From Paraspadella gotoi (lineage: Eukaryota; Animalia; Chaetognatha), in contig CM119271.1 in assembly GCA_051294375.1 (NCBI GenBank), positions 9,166,120 to 9,230,119 on the forward strand: DNA of 64,000 nt, in the 5' to 3' direction. Every line of letters starts with the position of its first letter. The stretch's first letter is position 1. Below the pieces are notes generated by a model. That model had not been told where the DNA came from and did not search any database. It saw only the letters and a list, made by a program, of their open reading frames with translations. The translations under genes were made by a program, and so were the position numbers. Shown piece after piece: positions 56,780 through 64,000 of the stretch.

Positions 56780-58420
56780 CATTAGTCTTGAACCATTCAT
56801 TCCTCTATTTTCCGAGCACTTTCTTTCGTTCAAACGGGGCAAAGAAGAGCCCATCTTCAAAGTTTTTTCAAGTCAAGCTCGGAATGAAACTTTTGCGACA
56901 AGACGCCTCAGTTTTAAACCTAAAAAAATCAAGTAATTTTTATTATTAATGTGAATTTATATTTTTTCTCATTCGCTGAATGATTTATCTCCTTTATTTT
57001 GTTCAAGAAAGGTGGTCTTTGATAAAAATTAATAATTGCTTACAAATAAAATGCAATGGAGGAGGTGAGTTTTTATGAATGGTATTAATAAAGCTAGTTT
57101 ATTAAAATGCATTTGAACCTAAAACCTTTGAACATAGTAAGAATAATTAGAGATTAATACTTAATACTTAATAATAGCTTCCTATTGCTAGTATTACCGC
57201 AGAACAACTGCATACAGTTACATATTATGACAAGAGATGTCAGCACATGACCTTTTAAAACAAAATTCGATGTTCGAAAAAAACAAAAGACATCGACGCT
57301 TCCACGAGACAGCTGGCATCCACTTTGAGAATCATCAATCAACTTTCCGTATTGACGTCGTAAACCATTTATTTCATAAACAGACTCTGGAAATGACTGG
57401 ATTTTTCAATGTCGTTTGATTCGTTTACTAACTCAGCAGGTGGTCCTATTATTGAGTTGCCATTAAGGCTAACGGCTTTAAAGTTACAGCCAACTTGCAT
57501 CTGACTAAATAGTAGTACTATGTTCGTGAGTCGTCCTGACCCAGGTTATTAGTTGTATGTGTCAAAAAATGTAGGTGAAAAAATTGGCTCGGATCTGAGC
57601 AACAGTCACCAAAGTTCCAAACACCAGTGCAACAGTCTGCCGTCCATGGAGTATTAAATGGATAAGGTGTGGCGGAAGCAAAGAGATGGGCAATTCTGAA
57701 TGTCATGGCGGCGAATGCGACGGGGACGATGGACGAGCGAATGAAAGCGACAAAGGTGGAGATTAAAACGATGACGACGCCCAAGACGACGACAGATAAA
57801 AAACGAGGGATTTCGTCTTCCACGTCCGACAGCCCGTTTTTTTTTTCTCCCTTTTCTCTTCCGGTCCTTTTCGCGCCGCTCCACCCGGCGCGGCGGCGCC
57901 GCCATCCAAAGAGCCCTGGCGCCACCGTGGCGCCGAGGCGCTCGACAGACGTCGTCGTTCTTCTCCCCGCGGCGCCATTTGTTTTCATTCAACAAAAGTT
58001 TTGTAGCCATCCCCGCGCGGCGGCTCTGGCGACCACACTCGTTTTTTATAAACCCGCGCTCCAATCTCATTTGCATGTAGCGGCGATTAAAATCCGATTT
58101 AGACGTGGAGTGGGAGGAGTACGATGTGGATGAGGGGGAGGGGGAGGATGACGTAGAGGATGAGGGATGACGACGAAGAGGAGGAGAAAGTGAAAAGTAA
58201 AGGAGGAAGGGAAGGAGGAGGGAGAAAGGTGGTTGGGAGGAGATTATGAGGAGGAAGAGGAGGAAGAAGAAGAGGAGGAACAGGATGAATAAAAGGAAGA
58301 AAGGGTCGTTAAAAAAAGAAAAAAAAACCCTTTCCGACGACATCCGTCACGTGGAATGACGTTTGGTTCTTAACGCGAGCGCAACAAGTGATTTCGCGTC
58401 TCTCTCTCTCTCTCTCTCTA

Positions 58421-58483
<63 letters not shown>

Positions 58484-59049
58484 ACACGTCCGCCAGACTC
58501 GCCCTTTACGAGATTTTCGAGTTCGGTTTTTATATTTTTCGCTCTCCTTAAAAAAACAAAAACCCCGTTGACTACGAAAAGTCAGTTTTATTATTTTAAG
58601 CGAGAGAGAGCGACAGAGAGAGAGAGAGAGAGTATGAAAATGGGAGGAAAATGGGCGAGGATTACGACGAAGGCCGGCGATAATGGACGCGTTACGGCCG
58701 CGCGCTCGATTTAGTTCACGGTCAGGGTTTTTTTATTCCTTTTATTATTTTTTATATATTTTTCGGTGAAAGGAGGAGGAGGAGAGGAGGAGGAGAGAGG
58801 AAGGTTTATCCGGCGATGGAACGAGAAATATCCATTCGACGCTCGATTTTTCCGGCGTCGTATTTCGGCTGTGAAAAGGTGGGGGGGGGAAGGAGGGGCG
58901 TTTCAGAATGAAAACAAAATTGGCAACTCACGTCGGGTCCTTCGGTGGCGAGAAAATTTGATCGGCTTTTTATGATCTTTTGATTCGGTTATGAATGTTG
59001 ATTGTAGTCGTTTTGTAGTTTTTTGTGGGAGAGGGGGAGACTAAATCGT

Positions 59050-59123
59050 TGTGAAATTGGTACAACCAATGTAGAAATTATTCAGTAATTTAATAAATTT
59101 CCTATATCGCCCCTGACTATGGT
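59050..59123. repeat. Diverged relic of the 26373-26836 repeat family
   Basis: TGAAATTGGTACAACCAATgTAgAAATTAT...TAATAA...CTAT..GCCCcTGACTaTGG aligns with the first ~70 bp of the monomer. Confidence 0.7.
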
Positions 59124-59664
59124 TTTTGTACTTTGGAATTTGTAGTAGCGTCGTGCTCACGAAATCGTTTTCTATGTTGAATTTTTGAGATGCAGTAAAG
59201 ATGCTTCTACTTTCATTTGGGTTTTCGTAGATGAATTAATCATTCATTTTTTTTAAAGTTTAATTTTAAATATTCACAATTAAATTAATCATTCTTTTTA
59301 ACTCGTTGTGCGTCGAAATTTAAAGCAAACTCTTCCTGCAATTTTAATTAATCATTGAAATCATTTATTTTTCTAAACATTTTTTTTTTAAGTTTCAACG
59401 TTTTTCGTCGTAAACGTTTTTTCGTCCTCACCGTTCTTCGTCGTGACCCGTTTCTCATTTTCGCCTTCGCAAATTTCTTTTTTTTTATTTTCTCTTTTTC
59501 GGGCGACTTTTTTTTCAAAGTCTTAAACTCCGAAAGTCCGAAAAGAAATCAGATGTGATGGATGGAACGAGAAATTTAATGGACGGAGACCTCGGGGGGA
59601 GGAGAGAGAGAGAGAGAGAGAGAGAAGAGAGAGAAGAGAGAGAGAGGAGAGAGAGAGAGAGAGA

Positions 59665-59703
<39 letters not shown>

Positions 59704-59932
59704 TCTTAGGTTAACGAACTTTTAAGGCTTTTCGCACTTTAGTTGAAGAGCGGGAAGAGGGTGAGTAGAATCGGGAGGGTTGAGGGTAAGTAAGAAATGA
59801 GTGAAAAGGTGAGTTTTCGGTTAAAAATATCGGAGGAACGAACGAAATTGTTTACTGCCAGTCTGCCTGCCTCTTTTCGTTCCAAATATCCTATACGGTT
59901 CTGCCGATAATTTAATTTAATTCATGTAGTTT

Positions 59933-60393
59933 ATGTGGATCAAGTATTACGCCGTCCAAAAAGGCGCTATAAGGGGACAGTTTCAACTGCGCCCTCTTTC
60001 TGTTCACGAAAACTGCAAGGAAATGGCCCGCGTAATATCTCATGTGGATAAAGCGCTGAAGACTACTATCCGTAACTTCCATGGCCCCTCAGCATCCATG
60101 GAGCGGGTCCTGGGCTTGGAACCAGGCTTGAGGGTTTTCCAGGCCCTCGAGGCGGTGAACGGGCGTCCGCACGCTTTCCGCAGGGTAGGTACCGGGTGGG
60201 ATTCAACCGATACCTAGTGATCATGAGCCACCGGGTCACAACTGAAGGTGCCGTGCTTACAGCCGGGGTGAACTTTAGGCAATTCCCGACGACATATATA
60301 AATCTCTCTATTTTCAAAAACAAGGAACCAGGAATGGTAACAAATCAGACGGCCAGGCCGACATGCCTGACTTCCCAGTCGCCTGGCGCCTGA
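59933..60393 (+). pseudogene. Frameshifted coding relic of an unidentified family (longer copy of 37249-37403)
   Basis: Two overlapping ORFs (59933-60217 and 60196-60393) in complex, GC-balanced sequence among simple repeats, with peptide-level similarity to 37249-37403. Confidence 0.5.
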
Positions 60394-60534
60394 CGTCTCC
60401 TTTCATTCCGAAAAAACAAATCTAAGTAGAAAATCTTCGCCATATCTTTTTTTTTCTCTTCTCCATCTGGACGAGGGAGACCCGCAGGTTCTTTTTTTTT
60501 ACTTCCGGTCACGTGATCTCGTTTACGTCGGGAG

Positions 60535-60780
60535 GCGACGACGATGACAAAGACGACGACGAAAAAGACGAGGATGAAGACGATAGCGACGACTAAGTAG
60601 AAAACGTAGACGACGATAACGACGACTATGTAGACAAAGAAGAAGACGATAACGACGACGAACGACGACGAGGACGACAACGACGAACGACGACAATGAT
60701 GAAAGATGACAACGATGACGATATCAACTAAGGTCGAAGACGACGATAACGATGACGATAACGACGACGACGAACGACAT
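60535..60780. repeat. Degenerate (GAC)n trinucleotide tract
   Basis: GACGACGAT/GACGAA repeats visible. Confidence 0.85.
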
Positions 60781-61237
60781 AACAAAGTCTTTGTTTTCCT
60801 CTTTTTACGACCATCGAATCTTTAATCAAATTCCTTTCTATTTTCTCTCTTTTTTTTTCCTTTTCCTTCCCGATCGAATCTCCCGCATCCCGTCCTCCAT
60901 CAGATTCCTTCATTCTCCATCATCGACACCCTCTCTATCTCGCTATCTTTCTCCATCCACTTTTTTTCTTTCTACATTCGCCATTTCTACCTCTGACTTT
61001 CTCATTATTTCCTCTTATCACTTTCCCAAATCTTACTTCCCCCTTCCTCTCGGCTCCGACCTCCCGCGAGATTTCCAGAAATTATTTGAAATTCCATCTC
61101 CTTTGCATGCATGGTGTGTTTCCTCCTCCTCTTCCTCCTCCTCCTCCGTTCTCCTCCCCCTCTCTCTCCGTATTCTTCTCTCCCCCCCGTCGTGCTAATG
61201 TCTGGTTGATGCCTTCGTAAACTTGCGAAAAAAAGAG

Positions 61238-61310
<73 letters not shown>

Positions 61311-61559
61311 GTTTTTCGCGGCGTCAGCGCCGACGGTTGCGTCGTGTCATCATCGCCGTTATCTTTCGTCATCTCTGTCATCTTTGTCAGTAAAAGTCAC
61401 GCATTTTTGTTTGATCACAAACGAAAAAAGAAAATCAGTCGTGATTGGAGTCGTTGTTGTCGACCAGATAATCGAGGCTTCCTCCAACTGTTGCACAAGA
61501 TTCACGCGGTGATTGTGAGACATTTAAAGTGTCACTGCGGTCATCGCCCTCGTCCCAGA

Positions 61560-61744
61560 GGTCGTCGTCCTTGTCGTCGTCGTCGTCGTCGTTGTAGTCG
61601 TAGCTTTCGTTGTCATGGTAACCGACATCGTCACAGCTATTGTCGTCGTTTTCGTCGTCGTCGCCGTCTTCGTTGTTGTCGTCATCGTCGTCATGTTATC
61701 CAAGAAAGTGCCTCGTATTTTTCGTCCCCGCCTTCTTGTCATCG

Positions 61745-61785
<41 letters not shown>

Positions 61786-61800
61786 TCCGTCTTACGTCTT
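61560..61800. repeat. Degenerate (GTC)n trinucleotide tract ending at a 208-N gap
   Basis: GTCGTC repeats visible; N run at 61803-62010. Confidence 0.85.
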
Positions 61801-62754
61801 TCNNNNNNNNNNNNNNNNNNNNNNNNNNNNNNNNNNNNNNNNNNNNNNNNNNNNNNNNNNNNNNNNNNNNNNNNNNNNNNNNNNNNNNNNNNNNNNNNNN
61901 NNNNNNNNNNNNNNNNNNNNNNNNNNNNNNNNNNNNNNNNNNNNNNNNNNNNNNNNNNNNNNNNNNNNNNNNNNNNNNNNNNNNNNNNNNNNNNNNNNNN
62001 NNNNNNNNNNTTTTTTTTTCTAGGCATTTCTGAGAAATGCGTTCGAAATCGGGAGAAGAAAAAACCTGTTGATAAAATTTTATGGGACGAACGTGAGGAG
62101 GAGGAGGAGGAGGAGGAGGTAACAGCAAGGGGGAAGATAAGAGGAAGTGAAGGGTAGGAGATAGAAAAGAAGAGGAGAGGAAGAAAGGGACAGCAAGAAG
62201 AGGGATGAAGGAGAAAAGAGATAGAAAAGAGAAGCAAAGGGAGAAAAACAAGAACGAAAATTCAACGCGGTGTTGCTCCGCAGAGACTTTCTTCGCCGTT
62301 CTTTTATTTTTTATAGTTTTTTTTTGAGATTTCCTGAAGGTGGGGCTAGCAGTCGCTAATATGAATGTAAGTGAGAAGAAGCATACAGACGCGACCGACG
62401 AGAGGACCGAAAAGTGTCTCATAGAGTTGCTCCTTGAGTGGGAGGAGGATTAGAGAGAGAAAGGAAGGGAGGAAGAAGGCGTGTTTGAGGCGTGATCACT
62501 GAGCGCTAAGCAGGTGTGGACGAAGAATGTTATAAAAATGAGAGTTATTAGCAATTCATCAATAGCTATTTATTTATAGTAAGTTGGTCGATTGAATCTA
62601 TACAGATATAAGGATTAAGTATAAAGGCGGAGAAAAACGGAGAGATAAAAAAGCGAACTAAGAAGAAACCTTAAGTAATAAAAGGAAAGAAATAAGTAAA
62701 TTTTTATTTTTTTTTGTCTTTCTTGTTTCCTTCTCTTCCCCCATATCCATATAT

Positions 62755-64000
62755 AATGCAAATTTCAATCCTGTGCAAATTTATTCTGTTGCAAATTCAT
62801 CTGGTTTCAAATATTCTGTGCAAAATTCCTTCTGTGCAATTCACCTCCTGTGCAAATTCATTCAGCTTGCAAAAGGTTATTCCTTTTCCAAAATCGTTTC
62901 TGTTGCGCAAATGTATCTACTGTACAAATGTAATTCATATTTGTTCTTGAACAAACTGTGTTCCTGTGGCAAATGCATTCCAGTGCAAATTTTTTCGCTG
63001 GTGGCAAATTGCTATTCCTGAGCAAATAGTTTCCTGTTGCAATGTAATTTTGGTACAAATGCATTCTGTGCAAAATGTATTCTGTGCATGTGTTTCCTGT
63101 CATAAGTGCTCCTGCTGCAAAAACATTTTCTTAGTGAACAATTGCATTCCTGTACAAATTATTCCTGAGCAAAATTCATTCTGTACAGAAATTTATCCTA
63201 TCTAATCTCATTACCTAATGGCAAAATTTATCCTGTGCAAATTCAATTCCTGGTGCAAAATTTATTCCTGTTGCAAATTATTTCTGTAGAGTTCAAAATT
63301 CATTCCCTGTGCAAATCTTAATCCTGTGCAAATTCAATCCTGTGCAAATTCTTCTCATTACAAATGGTATTCCTCGGTAACCAATTAATTCTGTCCAAAT
63401 TATCTTCTTTCAAAAATCGTATTCCTGTGCAAATTACTTACTGGGTAAAAAATTCATTCCTGTGCTAAGTTCATTCTGAGTCAAGAATCGATTTGGGCAC
63501 AAGGAATGCATTTTTCCATCGGAATGAACTTATGCACTGGTAAATGAATTTGCACAGGAACTGAACCTTGTACAAGACATGAATGTTGCACCAGCGAATA
63601 AATTTTGCACAGGAATACTTTTGAAAGGAACAAATTTATCAAAGGTTGAAATTTGACAGGAAAAATTTGCAACAGGATCAATTTGCAACAGGAATACATT
63701 TGCTAAAGGAAGAATTTGCACTAGGCAATGAATTTGAACGGAACGAATTTTGCACTGGAATGAATTAGGCAAGAATAAATTTGCACAGGAACTGAATTTG
63801 CACAGGAATTAGTTGATCAAGAATACATTTGGTAAGAATAATAATTTGTAGCAGAATTACATTTTGCACGAGAATACATTTGTAACAGAAATACTGTTTG
63901 CAAAGGATTGATTGCACAGATAATGCCATTTGCAAGAAAATGTTTTATACAGGCATAAATTTGAACAAGAATGCACTTCTGCCACAGGAATACTTTGCTC
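62755..64000. repeat. Degenerate 17-20 bp minisatellite (core ATTCCTGTGCAAATT) with an internal orientation switch
   Basis: Units read ATTCCTGTGCAAATT up to ~63480 and AATTTGCACAGGAAT afterwards. Confidence 0.9.

Noticed and set aside
57518-58343. Several 150-230 aa ORFs upstream of the ZNF gene
   Set aside because: Overlapping, low-complexity and without recognisable motifs; more likely UTR/promoter sequence.
58347-60520. GTCACGTG E-box/CLEAR-like motifs at ~58347 and ~60508
   Set aside because: Isolated 8-mers with no defined TSS; expected by chance.
61344-62422. Long ORFs spanning 61.3-62.4 kb
   Set aside because: Kept open only by trinucleotide repeats and the N gap.
62755-64000. CRISPR-like array or Cys-rich repeat protein
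   Set aside because: Eukaryotic context, no unique spacers, degenerate units, and stops in all frames.

Overview
Intron-rich animal (eukaryotic) genomic DNA with GC/CpG-rich exons, AT-rich introns and many (GA)n tracts. The ORF track misses most genes because they are spliced. Splicing by eye gives this true gene order: IFT25/HSPB11 (+), ARL2BP (+), a centrin-like EF-hand gene (+) whose second intron holds a complete antisense ST6Gal-type sialyltransferase, an SLC16/MCT transporter (-), an NDUFS2 pseudogene (-), a UCP1/2/3-clade uncoupling protein (+), a SMYD methyltransferase (+) and a ZNF366/ZNF710-type 11-finger gene (-). Low-complexity DNA and a minisatellite that flips polarity follow. 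About 22 kb (9956-32444) is redundant, indel-ridden copies of the same locus in both orientations, bounded by 25-N gaps. This is almost certainly a long-read gap-filling artefact, but it exposes allelic variation. Best leads: (1) an allele-specific 1.5-monomer (~316 bp) insertion with a degenerate hammerhead-like fold; (2) the nested sialyltransferase; (3) a uORF-bearing leader before the UCP gene, recalling mammalian UCP2; (4) three co-oriented ciliary genes behind an RFX X-box; (5) two dispersed fragments of an unidentified protein-coding family. All exon boundaries and homologies come from manual reading and recalled protein families; no searches were run.
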